A model generated the notes under the pieces. That model worked only from the letters and a program-made list of their open reading frames with translations, ran no database searches and was not told where the DNA came from. A DNA stretch of 63,983 nucleotides, the filler included, from Octopus bimaculoides (lineage: Eukaryota): the NCBI RefSeq assembly GCF_001194135.2. It is 6 parts of 4 records of this genome, joined end to end, with 100 filler letters (N's around TTAATTAATTAA, not from the genome) between each part and the next. Parts side by side here need not be neighbours in the genome. Positions count along the whole stretch, not along the records: positions 34,105 to 57,824 come from NC_068985.1; 5 more parts are not named here. The stretch is one strand, 5' to 3'. This document shows, piece after piece, positions 40,884-53,879 of this stretch; within the stretch, counting starts at the first letter, position 1, and each line of letters starts with the position of its first letter. Both the position numbers and the translations under genes were made by a program.

Positions 40884-41040
40884 ACATATGCACAAACATG
40901 ATGAACATTTTTCAGTTTCCATCTGCCAAATCCACTCCAGGTTTTGGTTAAGTAGATGATACTTGCCCATGGTGCCACGCAGTGAGACTGAAGCCGGAAC
41001 TATGAGGTTGGGAAACAAACGTCTTATCACGCAGACACGC
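40590..41040 (-). mobile_element. SINE family A, near full length
   Basis: Colinear with 2030-2465. Confidence 0.85.
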
Positions 41041-41242
41041 AGACACATATATACGTATTTACTATTTATTTCCTTTATAGTACAATGCTTTCTGTAGACC
41101 ATGACGGACATGGTTTTAGGAGCATTTCAGTATTTTGTTGAGAAAAGAACGTTGTGAATGAGGTTCGTTAAACCTATCTTGTATCGCATCGAAACCAATT
41201 CTGCGTATGTGTGTGTATGTTTGTATGTGTTTGAGAGAGAGG

Positions 41243-41280
<38 letters not shown>

Positions 41281-41751
41281 NNNNNNNNNNNNNNNNNNNN
41301 NNNNNNNNNNNNNNNNNNNNNNNNNNNNNNNNNNNNNNNNNNNNNNNNNNNNNNNNNNNNNNNNNNNNNNNNNNNNNNNNNNNNNNNNNNNNNNNNNNNN
41401 NNNNNNNNNNNNNNNNNNNNNNNNNNNNNNNNNNNNNNNNNNNNNNNNNNNNNNNNNNNNNNNNNNNNNNNNNNNNNNNNNNNNNNNNNNNNNNNNNNNN
41501 NNNNNNNNNNNNNNNNNNNNNNNNNNNNNNNNNNNNNNNNNNNNNNNNNNNNNNNNNNNNNNNNNNNNNNNNNNNNNNNNNNNNNNNNNNNNNNNNNNNN
41601 NNNNNNNNNNNNNNNNNNNNNNNNNNNNNNNNNNNNNNNNNNNNNNNNNNNNNNNNNNNNNNNNNNNNNNNNNNNNNNNNNNNNNNNNNNNNNNNNNNNN
41701 NNNNNNNNNNNNNNNNNNNNNNNNNNNNNNNNNNNNNNNNNNNNNNNNNNN

Positions 41752-41793
<42 letters not shown>

Positions 41794-42714
41794 GGGGGGA
41801 AGGTTGTAGGTGGCTGCTTGTGTTTGTATAAGACGGTAACTAGTATTTATGTAGGTGTAATTTGATATATATTGACAATGCCATAGTAATGTTATTGGAG
41901 TGAACATTATTATATATTTTTCATTACAATCAAATTTTATACATGATCAAAATTCAACTAAGCGATGGTGAGAATGTGTCGAACATGTAAACAATAAATA
42001 TTTCATAATTTTAGCCTCCTACATATGAGAATTTCCGATTAATTAATTTATAATATTATAATGAATTGTATAATTAATTATCTATTTATCAGCTGTCTGT
42101 TTTAACAAATTCATTATTTCCTATATGTATGTATATTTGTGTGTGTGCCTGCGTTTTCTGCGTATGCGCGTGCATGAGCATGTGTATTTATATTGGATAC
42201 TAAATAATTAAGCAAAACAAGTAGAAGTAGTAGATGATTGCCTTTTATTCTTTAGGTCTCGCGACAGAAGGATGTATAAGAAAGTGTACCTATGCAAGCA
42301 AGCATAAAATTATATATTTATGAAACATGTGAACGGCATGAACTAGAAAGATAACAAGCAAATATGTTTAGCATAATCAAGTTTCTTTGAAATAGACGTA
42401 TGAAAAACAATACGTGATTATACACATCATTGGCAGGAATCTCCAATTCGTGCAGTCTCCAATTGCACGAAAATAGATTCATTTATATTCACTTGTGGCT
42501 GAACAGCTTAAGTAAAGAAATTCGTTATGACGTAAGTTTCCAGTAAGTTTCTTTGGAATAGAAACATTCTGTGCTAAAAGCGCTCAGCAATATCGGATAT
42601 AAATTCCAATTACAGAATATATATACATATAATTAATAATATCAGGGTAATAAGAAATATTAGAAATTTCTACTACCAGTGGCCTAGCGTGTAAAAAAAA
42701 TTAGTCAATAGACT

Positions 42715-42922
42715 ATATATTATTCATATAAATACAGTGTACATTTAAACACATAGGATTCCTTGCATGCTAGAAGGAACAGCTAAAATCCAAACCACTA
42801 TTAGGGATAAATTTCGAAGGGAATGAAAAATAAAAACATTTACCATCTATCTCCTGGACCATGGTTTCAGACATTTTTTTAGCAAATAAAATAATTTGCT
42901 AGGCGAAGTCTTCGTCAGCAGG
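42715..42922 (-). mobile_element. Short non-coding hammerhead-bearing element (pLTR/retrozyme-like)
   Basis: Homologous (roughly 70% by eye) to 46734-46980 in opposite orientation. Confidence 0.7.
42853..42922 (-). ncRNA. Type I hammerhead ribozyme motif
   Basis: Minus strand: CCTG-CTGACGA-AGAC-[ttcgcc TAGCAAAT tatttt ATTTGCTA aaaaaat]-GTCT-GAAA-CCATGG-TC-CAGG; palindromic ACCATGGT helix III and GUC triplet. Confidence 0.8.
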
Positions 42923-43094
42923 TACACCTAGATTAAGCATATAAGCACGAGGCAATCCAGCATATGCCCCGTGCTTATACATTTTAATTTTTCAAAACTA
43001 CTGCGGAAGCGCAGCTCCTTGTCGGCAGTAAATAAAAATATTACCGAGCCGCTAAGTTACGGGGACGTAAACACACCAGCATCGGTTGTCAACC

Positions 43095-43401
43095 GATGTT
43101 GGTGTAACAAATACAGCTGAGATCCCCTTCGGTCATGACTGACCATGGGTTTGCACCTAGAAAGTTACTCTCCCAGGCACAAGTCCGAGCAAGGTTTGTT
43201 CTATGGAAGACAAGCAGTCGTCCATGCATACCGGCCTCCACTCTCCACGCCACCGCTGTTATCCAAGGGAAAGGCAAAGGCCAATACAGCTTGGCACTTG
43301 TGACGTCGCAACTCATTTCTACAACTTAGTGAACTGGAGCAACGTGAAATAAAGTGTCTTGCTCAAGAACACAACGCGCAGCCCGGTCCAGGATTCGAAC
43401 T
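43095..43401 (-). mobile_element. tRNA-derived SINE family B (CORE/Meta-like central domain), head in gap
   Basis: Minus strand reads B-box-like agttcgaatcc, then tgtgttcttgagcaagacactttatttcacgttgctccagttcac; inserted next to a family A fragment. Confidence 0.65.
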
Positions 43402-43755
43402 NNNNNNNNNNNNNNNNNNNNNNNNNNNNNNNNNNNNNNNNNNNNNNNNNNNNNNNNNNNNNNNNNNNNNNNNNNNNNNNNNNNNNNNNNNNNNNNNNNN
43501 NNNNNNNNNNNNNNNNNNNNNNNNNNNNNNNNNNNNNNNNNNNNNNNNNNNNNNNNNNNNNNNNNNNNNNNNNNNNNNNNNNNNNNNNNNNNNNNNNNNN
43601 NNNNNNNNNNNNNNNNNNNNNNNNNNNNNNNNNNNNNNNNNNNNNNNNNNNNNNNNNNNNNNNNNNNNNNNNNNNNNNNNNNNNNNNNNNNNNNNNNNNN
43701 NNNNNNNNNNNNNNNNNNNNNNNNNNNNNNNNNNNNNNNNNNNNNNNNNNNNNNN

Positions 43756-43798
<43 letters not shown>

Positions 43799-44402
43799 TC
43801 GTCTAAGAATCTATAAGTCAGAAAAATATGCACTCCTAAAATTGTGAATTGATACATATGCATACCTGTTAGATCTAAAGAGTATGTTATCTTAAATAAC
43901 CGCCCTGTTATCTACCATCGGTTACCGAATATAGGCAGTGCAAAGCTGATTGTTAAGATCAGCTGAAATGCGTCTATAATACTGCATACGTTGATTAATA
44001 TATACGTGTGTCTGTGTACGCATGAATACAAACACACGCATCTGCGGGGACACACACACGCATTCATTGTTAGGTATTTATTAATTTCCTATAAAATGCG
44101 AAGTCTTCTCTGCGCAGGCAAAAGTCTTAGTATCCGGCCATGTTAGAAAGCAATTAACACGTACAAGACAGTCTTTAATCTGTAACTGTGTTCTTATACT
44201 TTGAACTCCTTCGATCACCCGGTCAAAGTCTATCTAAATATTCGTTACACAAGATTGTCGAAGCGCAAATACCATCTCAATTTTTAAATGTGCAAGAGTG
44301 GTTTTTAAGATTGTACGTCTCATCCACTATTGAATGGTAACAAATGAGACTTATTTTCCATTTACTACCATGGAAAAATAAAATAACTAAAGTAAACAGC
44401 CA

Positions 44403-44464
<62 letters not shown>

Positions 44465-45789
44465 TCTCTTTTCTAAGAATGAAATTGCGTGGGTAAAATA
44501 TACACATATTAATTTTTGTAGGACTAACTACTGCAGAATCGATTCACTTTACAATATTGATTTCAAATTTTTAATAAAAATAGACAAATGAACTGTAAAC
44601 GTTGCCAGCATCGAAAGTTAATGTAATTATGGAACCGATATCCAATCTAGACAAAAAAAAAAAAAAAATTACAAAGATTATGAAAAAAAGGTAAAACCCA
44701 GATGCACACTGATTTTTTTCATCACGAATAATATTACATAATATGACTGAAATGTCAGCTAATGATTTTTGAAAGCATGGAACAAATGGTTCATGCTAGC
44801 TAACTGTAAGAATGGCGTGACTATAACATGCTCAATTTGTACGTATTCCGACGTCTGATTGGTTGGCAGACAAACAATATATCTAACATTATTTCTAACT
44901 GAAATTACTAATTCCTTACAGGGGTGTTCGAAAACAAATATATTATATTTACCGTTTAGGTTGTATTTAACTTTTGGTCTTTTTAAACTTTCTTTTCCGT
45001 ATGAGTTTTTTAAAAAAACTTTACCAGTGAACAGTTTCATTGCAAGAATGGAGAGGTTACACACCTGCCCTCCGTAGTCACCCGATCTGCTGGTAATAGC
45101 ACCCATATCTCCCAGAAATCACAAATACTTTCAGAAAAAAGAGAAACGAGACGTTGGATAATGTAGTCCAGGTACATTACACCTGGATGACTGGAATGTC
45201 TTTGATCATAGGCCAAGTCTGCCCTATCAGTCTTGCTATCTCCAAACAACACCAGCAAAACATCTACCACACATACGATGGACTATATTCTTTTCCACTC
45301 TAGGCAAAAGGCCCGAAGTTTTTGGAGAGGGGGACAGTCGATTAGATCAACCCCAGTACACAACTGGTACTTAATTTATTCTATTCTATAATATAAATTG
45401 TTTTTCGATTCTATTGTTTTTCTATTCTATTCTATAAATATAAGTTGTTTTTCTATAAGCGTTAACAATTACTTATTCCATACTTCTTCACTTAGCTTTT
45501 ATCTTCACTTTTCTTAAATTGGATACGTCTGCTATTAATTCTTACATACAATTTCTCCGTTAATTCTTACAGCTTCATTTTCTGTTAAAGCAATTCTTAA
45601 CGTCAACTTCTTAATGCCTCTTTTATTTTTTCCTAGCACCCATACTCACCGAGAACAGCGATTAAAACTTTTTCTAAAGCAATCTCCCTTTCTTCGACAA
45701 ATTAACACAACCAGTTGCTCACACATCCTACAGTTTCTCATTCAAACTACATAATACGCAGAATTGTCGCATTTATACAGTAGGGACAT

Positions 45790-46330
45790 TTGCGGGAGAT
45801 TTGGCTGCTATGGAAAGTTCCGAGGAGGGGGAGGAATTACTTCCTGGAAAGATCCGAGAGGGGCGAAATACTTACTGGAAAGTCCAAAAGGAAGGGGAGG
45901 AATTACTTCCGGGAAAGTTCCGGGGATGCGCTGCTTCCTGGAGAGTTCCGAGAGTGGGACTTCCAGGAAAGTTCCGAGGACTTCCTGGAAATTCCGAGGA
46001 TGGGACTTCCTGGAGAGATGCGATGAATTCCTGGACGGTTCCGAATATAGGACTTCTTGGAAAGTTCCGAGGATGGTGTTTCCTGGAGACTTCCGACCAT
46101 GGTACTTCCGGGAAACTTCCGACGTTGTAACTACCTGGAATGTTCCGAAGACTTCCTGGACACTTCCTAGAACGAGCTACTTCCTGGAAAGTTCCGAGGT
46201 CGAACTACTTCCTGGAAAATTACGATTGTGTGACTTCCTGGAAAGTTCGGAGAACTTCCTGGAAAGTTTGAAGGAAGGGAAGGAATTACTTCCTGGAAAG
46301 TTCCGAGGAAGGGGCGAATTACTTCTTGGA
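45790..46330. repeat. Imperfect GC-richer minisatellite built on acttcctggaaagttccgagg
   Basis: Ten exact TTCCNGGAA plus variants, at irregular ~20-30 bp spacing. Confidence 0.85.
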
Positions 46331-46733
46331 GATATCACAGCCTTTTCCGCTTCGAATGTTAGTCGGTGCTAACGAAAGAAATTCCGAAAATAACATTCTT
46401 CATCTTCATAGCGCATACGATCTACCGATGTGATTCAATTTGTTTGTTTGTTGATCAAAAGTTTTCTTCATTTTCTGATTATGTAAATTTGATTCCTGAT
46501 AAACTTCTGTTTACTCTGTGGTTACCTGTACTCTATGAGCATAGTGTGCCTGCATACCCATGACCAGGGATAGCACAGGTAATTGCTACCGATAGTAAAT
46601 ACGGATACTTTTATCCCTTAATCGGTTACTACAACTGCTAACACTGCTTACCTTGGTGAATTTGAAAAATTATAGTGTATAACGAAGAGACACGTGTTAA
46701 TGGTCTCTTAATTACATGTTAGTTGTTATGGCG

Positions 46734-46808
46734 CGGTCACTGAAGAGGGATTTCGCCTAGCAAATTATTTTATTTGCTAAAAAAATCCTGAAACCTAAGG
46801 TCTGGCCG
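46734..46808 (+). ncRNA. Type I hammerhead ribozyme motif with extended helix II
   Basis: CGGTCA-CTGAAGA-GGGATTT-[cgcc TAGCAAAT tatttt ATTTGCTA aaa]-AAATCCT-GAAA-CC-taa-GG-TC-TGGCCG; predicted cleavage after C46802. Confidence 0.8.
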
Positions 46809-47228
46809 GAATAAAATAACAAGGTAAAAAGTTTTTATCTTTCATTCCTTTCGAAGATTGCCCTTAAATGTGGTTTTTGTCGTTTTGACTGCTTCTTCTA
46901 GCATGAAAAATCTACCCGTTGAAGGTAGTTTTTTCTTGTGTTTAAATATACACTATTTTATATTGAGTATATATATGTATANNNNNNNNNNNNNNNNNNN
47001 NNNNNNNNNNNNNNNNNNNNNNNNNNNNNNNNNNNNNNNNNNNNNNNNNNNNNNNNNNNNNNNNNNNNNNNNNNNNNNNNNNNNNNNNNNNNNNNNNNNN
47101 NNNNNNNNNNNNNNNNNNNNNNNNNNNNNNNNNNNNNNNNNNNNNNNNNNNNNNNNNNNNNNNNNNNNNNNNNNNNNNNNNNNNNNNNNNNNNNNNNNNN
47201 NNNATATATATATATATATATATACACC

Positions 47229-47493
47229 TAGCAATAATTATAACGATAGAGAACATGGAGTCTGGTACATCCTCAAAATTTATTTCTTTTTATTTTACGA
47301 TGTCATACAGCATATTTTTATAGTTACGGCGACGGTATGTGTTTCCACTGCACAAAGTATGAGCAGTTGCATATGCAACCGGGTATAAGTTTCTGTGCTG
47401 CTTCGTCCGGGGTCTTTCAACCAGCTTAGATCGAAGCGGACTCATTCCCAGTTGTACCAGTCTCCATATTCTCAATCGTTATAATTATTGCTA
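47229..47493. mobile_element. MITE with 41-bp TIRs and 9-bp TSD (Mutator-like)
   Basis: 47229-47269 and 47453-47493 are inverted (3 mismatches); atatacacc is duplicated at 47220-47228 and 47494-47502. Confidence 0.75.
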
Positions 47494-48589
47494 ATATACA
47501 CCATGCACTGACGCGAACTCGGAATTACGCATCGGAGGAATTTGCAGCGTGACTGACAACTCCTAGTAGCCATAGACATTAATTACTAATCGATGCGGGC
47601 AGCCGTAACCTGGAACACAACTGAGAGTTACCACGGTATCCGCCCGGATAATATATCCCACTAAACTCACATTAACACACACACGCACACACACATAACG
47701 TTCACAGCATAGTTGATAGTGTTATGCATAAATTCCGCCGTAGACTGACGATATATTTCCAGTAGCAGCGCTGATTTCTGTAATTCAGTTGGCAGACTAG
47801 AAATGCTAGTTTACGGGTTGTGTAGTCTATTTCCATACTGATTATAACAAATAAAGTTAATCACAGAAATTATTTGGTAACTGCATAGAGAGTATATTAT
47901 CAAGTACCGGTTTGAAATTTCTATTATATTATCTATATCAATGGCGTCATATATATCACTCGAGACCAGATGGTAAACTTTGTGTGGTTGCTGTCTTTGC
48001 TAGGAACAGCATCCAAATCTTCCTAAACACACACTCAACAGTCTTATAATGAATGAAGATATATTAGATAAATTAGACCAGAATAAACTCTTCTAGAATA
48101 AAAGTGGCTGTGGACAGAGTTGGAATGTTTAATCAAAAGTTCGTTCAATCGAGGTTGACTTAGGAATAAGCAATGATATATGTTACTCAGACGAGGCCAA
48201 GATGAAATTTCTTGAAAGCGTGAATGTAGCACAACATTTACACAATATAATTCCTCTTTTATTCCTTATTTATGCGAATAAAATGTTATACTTTTAATTT
48301 CAGTAAATCGTTTATCAAAATCATCCCTGCCCTGAATATTCAATCTACTTTCAGATTTAGTATAAGATTACGTTGACTTACCGTTTTTGTCAAAGAAAGA
48401 GCAATGTGACGGCTCAGAACCTCTCTTGTGCGTCGGAGACATAATTTTATAGGCAGATCATGTATAATCGTTTGAATTCGTCCTACTAGTAGAGCTCCTT
48501 CCTTATTTCAATCGAACCCAGATGAATAAAGTTTCCTCAACATGGGCAAGATTTGAACTCAGAATGTAACAAATTATAGGCTTCAATTT

Positions 48590-48795
48590 TTTGGCACAAG
48601 GCCAGCAATTTCGGGGGTGGGGGTAAGATGATTACAACGACCCCAGTGCCCAAGTGGTGCTTATTTCATCAACTTTAAAAGGGTGAAAGGAAAAGTCGTC
48701 TTCGGTGGAAATTGAACCCAGAATATAGCGATGGACAAAATGCCGCTAAGTATTTTAGCCCGGTGTGCTAACGATTCTACCAACTCGCCGCCTTA
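48590..48795 (-). mobile_element. SINE family C (Deu/Nin-like)
   Basis: Reverse-orientation homolog of 37630-37845. Confidence 0.75.
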
Positions 48796-50674
48796 AGGTA
48801 ATTACAAAATAATTTGTCCGTCATTCTACTAGTACAGTTATTCTCTTTCTTCTAGAAATTATATTTCTAACGTAGGCACAAGGCCAGAATTTCATAGAGG
48901 CTGTGGTAGCCGACTACATGTACTCCAGTAATTGACTAGAACCATGTTTTATTTTAAGTTCAAGTCCTCTAAACACATTTCGTTGTACATTTTGGACGAT
49001 ATATAACCTGCGAATATTATAGGAGTAATTCAATCCGCCAAACTACTAAATAAATAAATAAATACAAAATTATACATGCATTACTTCCAGAATAACTGCA
49101 GCTGTATCTTCTGTGAAGAAGTGGTGTTAGATTTTCTGGAATATTACTTGGTGCCAATACCAGTGAGATCTTTGTGACTACACAAGTAAGATACAGTTTG
49201 TCGCTCATATAATCATATTGCTGAGGAAATAAATTATAAAGTAGTTTCAACCATATTGTTCATTCGTTGTTTTCCTAAAGAGTGACATGAACACAAATAT
49301 TTTATTTGAAATGTCTGATCAATAACATTGACAGTTCCTTTTCTCGAAAAACAAAATGTTCAGCAGCGTAATGTGAGAGGTGTTAAGTTCTTCATCACAC
49401 TATTGCTCAAACAAAGGCGGTTCATACATCAAAGGAAATATTGATTTCTGTTTTGTGAACAAGATGACACATTGTTTTAGAAAATAAACAGTTGATTATA
49501 TCGATCTCAATACTTGCCCGGTACCTATTTTATCGATTTTCGTTCTGTGAAGAGCGAGGCTCACTTTCGTAAGAATTAACTCAGGGTAAAGGGAAGTAAA
49601 TCACTAAGCCGATGCCCTGCCGATTTTACCATCCACCGATTTTAACAGGAAAAATAATAAATAAATAAATTTTCCTTTATCCACAAATAAACAAACGAGA
49701 AGTCAATGTGTTGACGCAAATGTGTTTGTTTGTTTTTTTCTTTTTCTAAAACAGTGGCATACAGCAAGCGCAAAGTTGCCAATTGAGAACTTTAGAGTAA
49801 CCTAAATATTCTCAGAGAAAATTAATCAGATTATGAGAAGTCGATTAAAGAGTAAACTCAAAACGTGAAACAGGACTTGAACACAAAAGCTGGGTACAGT
49901 TAGTGGCACCTTTCGGTGCCCGGCTGTTTTTGGTATCCATATTGATAACATCAGTACTTTCAGACGGCAAACATAAACACATTAATAAAATTCTCGATTC
50001 ACTTATATGCCTACAACAACAATATACCCGCAGGTACATCCCAATCTCTACTGACATCACTTTTAAAAATTTTGATCAGCAGTTTCAAATCTTGTTCAAC
50101 ATCCAGTTCTGGATGTTACTGCTTAAGAAGCATGCTCTGCAAATATGCTCGTCTCTGATTCAGGCCCTTGCTCAAGTGTCTTCTAATGTGCATCGACTAA
50201 TAAATACCATGTAAATCAATTTGTTAGACGGAAACTGTGTTAAAGCCTGTTGTTTACACACACACACACACACACATATGGATATATATAAGTGTGTGTG
50301 TGTGTGTGTGCGTGCGCATGCGTGTCTTTGATACACCTCAACGCTTACAGTCGGTGTTGCTTTGTTTTCGTCGTGAGTTAGTGATTCGGCGATACAATAA
50401 GTACTACACCTGAAAAAGTAATATAAGTACTAGTGTCGATTTATTCGATTAAAACACTTGAAGGCGGGGCACCTTCAAGACCACAGTTCAATGATCGAAA
50501 CAAATAAAAGACAAATGTATAAGATCTCATTTTGTAGAATTAGGGGTTAAGTTGATATACCGTACCCTGCTTTTGATTTCTATCTTATTTTATAGGTCAC
50601 AGAAAGATGCTTAAATACAACGAGTACCTTGAAATGATTTGAACAAAGAACCTAAACGTTCGCAACTAAATAAT

Positions 50675-51097
50675 CCTTTCCACTAAAGATACAAAGCCCA
50701 AATTTTTTGGGGAGGGGCTTAGTTGATTATATCGACCGCAGTGTTTCATAGGTACTTAATTTATAAAGCTGGAAAGGATAAAAGGCAAAGTCGACCTCGG
50801 CGCAATTTGAACTCAGAACGTAAAGACGGACGAAATGCTAACGATTCTGTCAACTTACCGCTTCATTCGCAACTAAATAATCCTTTCCACTAAAGGTACA
50901 AGACCCGAAATTTTCGGGGAGAGGATTAGATGATTATATTGACCGTAGTGTTTCGCAGGTATTTAATTTATAAAGCTCAAAAGGATAAAAAGGCAAAGTC
51001 GACCTCGGCGCAATTTGAACTCAGAACATAAAGTTGGATGAAATGCCTCTAAGCATTTTCCCCGGCGTACTAACGATTCTGCCAGCTCACCGATTCG
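50675..51097 (-). mobile_element. Two head-to-tail SINE family C copies
   Basis: Units about 50675-50865 and 50882-51097, each bounded by a 16-bp direct repeat. Confidence 0.85.
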
Positions 51098-51426
51098 TTC
51101 GCATCTAATTAATGCTAGGTAATTTATCCACTGCTGTATCTGTTTTCTCAATACACCCTCCTTTTCCAATGTAAACACAGTGCCTCACATTTCGAGAAGG
51201 ACTATTGCTGATTACATCAACCCAGTGTTTGACTGATACTACACTCTACTGTTTATTTTATCGCAACTACATGTAGGAACGTTAAAGCGGGCATTTTGAG
51301 GATGATGATGATGATGATGATGATGAGGAGGAGGAGGAGGAGGAGGAGGAGAAGAAGAAGAAGAAGAAGAAGAAGAAGAAGAAGAAGAAGAAGAAGAAGA
51401 AGAAGAAGAAGAAGAAGAAGAAGAAG

Positions 51427-51457
<31 letters not shown>

Positions 51458-53840
51458 ACTATCATGTCGGTTTGAATTACGACATCTTCAAATGTTGGAA
51501 GGAAAGAGCTATGAAACCCTGACCCTTACCACTTGTCATTGGAGATTTTTAATCGAGTATTTGAAGATTTCATAATTCAAATCGGTGTTTTATGGACCTC
51601 GAAATGATAAAAGGCGAAGTTGACATCAATGAAATATGACCTAAGAGAGTAAAGAGCCAAGAGAAATCTCGCCTAGCATTTTGTTCGACGCTTTAACGAT
51701 TCTACCAGCTCGTCGCCTCTTACATAGTTTCAAATTTTGGTTCAGGCCAGTAATACTATGGGAAAGGAAGCAGTTAGTCCATTACATCAACAGCAGTATT
51801 TAATTGTTACTTGTTTTTTTCAACTTCGAAATGACGAGAAGCAAAGGTGATCACGACTGAATTTGAACTAAGAATATAAGCGGACTGTCCAGCTTCTGCT
51901 TTTATCCACGAAATGTTGATTCTAACATATAGTGCGTTGAATGTATTAAAAGTAAATCCTTTTAGACAACACACATGAATTCTCGTCGAATTTGCGAGAA
52001 ACGAAACGTATATAGAGGTGAGGAGACGAATATGAAATAGTGCTGCAATGCTATAACTACTATGTACATAACTCACATAAACATACCATCACAAATAACT
52101 GTTCCCCAATTACCCATGATTTTTACTTTTATCAATAGCCAATATTTGCATACATGATCTAAGGTAACAAAATCGAAATAACGATACAAAATATACTTTC
52201 TGTCTTTCATATAAGGCCAAAAGATATTATGCACGAGCTCCAACTTCCCTGAAAGATCTATTGGGATACTTGAAGGTGATATCACATCTGCTGTCACTTT
52301 ATTTTATGATTGTTGGCTTTGAGTTAGACAATAAAAAAAGGAAATTTTTAGTCTTTCGTGAACGATCTAGGTTTATATGATGCAAACAGTCCTAAATTTG
52401 TGAGTCTCTGCAGTGTTATGAAACAGTTTAGCAGAGATATTAAAATATTCTTTGACCTGGAAAATGCAAACGAATAGATAAATAGATAGATAAAATAATA
52501 CGACACAGTGAAGTTGACTGAGAAGTGAAATATATGGATCGGGTGTCCATAAAAGAGCTTGACAATTATGCATTCTACATCTGTTTGGTAGCTAAAGAAA
52601 GTAAAACTGTGCAAATAAAGAAAGACTATTTTGATTGCCAAAATATTCTATATTATTATTTACCCAACTAAAATATAAATTGGTGTTAGGAAGACATTTC
52701 TAGAACTATCCATAGCATAATGACTTTGTAGAGTTGATGTAACATGACAGATCTTGGTTCTATGGAAAGTTATCTTATTTTAATCTTTCTACTTGCTTCC
52801 GTCATTGGAATGCAGCCATGCTGGAGCACCGCCTTCAAGGATTTCTAGTCGAATGAATCGACCTCAGAGCTTATTTTTTTCTTAATCTGGAACATATTCT
52901 ATCGATATATCTTGCCAAACTGCTATGTCAAGGGGACGTAACAACACCGACAAAGGTTGTCATGGGCTAGTTGGAGTCAAACACAACCACAACCACAAAC
53001 ACACACACGCCCCCCCCCCCACACAAAGATATTAAGATAACATTTTAGGAAAATTCGACTTCTAGTTTTAGCAGGTTGACGATCATGTACAATTTTTTCG
53101 GAGGTTGGTAGCCAATAATATAGCGAAAAGGGACAGCCAAATAAATCTTACTTCAGTGTATTACTGGTACTCAATTTATTGCGGCGGAGGGATGAAGGAC
53201 AAAGGTGACTCCTTAAAATAAATTTTACCCCATTACCGGTTTCAATCTGCTGCGAAGCTGGAACATCTTGAAGATTTTAATATATCAAATACTCCACGTC
53301 TTTAGACGATGTGTCTTCATAACACACAGAAATGGTTGGTGCAAAGTGACTCCTAGAGGTCGCCTATTGTTAGAAAATTTTCTTCGATGACGCAAAGTGA
53401 GGAGATATCCTCCGAGAACTAAAATGAACAGCGATCAGCATGTTCACATCCGAATCTGCCACATCACACTGAAAAGGAAGAAATATGTTATAGCTGGAAT
53501 TCTCGCTGATCTTCGTCTACCTCACGAGCTATTATCAGTTTGGCAGACATCAACACGCATTAACAAAAGATTTGTTTGCTGATCTCCATGAACAGGAGCC
53601 AGAATTCTTGTTAAGTAAATTGGCACGTCGGTTAGCTTTGATTGAAGAGACACACAATAACGTCGAAACACCGTGGTGACTCAACGTCTCCTTACAAAAT
53701 CGCGTGTGCAATGAACACTCAACGTCTGAAAACTGACGAAAGACAACATGACCACACATGCGTGTTGCATCTGCCAAAACGTATTATGAATGATAAGATA
53801 CATTATTGCTGTGATCCTCGCTACATCTCATGAATCATAT

Positions 53841-53879
<39 letters not shown>

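Noticed and set aside
45037-45270. Possible mariner 'SPDLNPLDY'-like remnant on minus strand
   Set aside because: Similarity (HSSHPGVMYLDY) is too weak to support.
49903-50214. Signal-peptide-like ORF 'MAPFGARLFLVSILITSVLSDG'
   Set aside because: Starts at GTG with no upstream in-frame ATG before a stop, and its 3' half is a decayed SINE.
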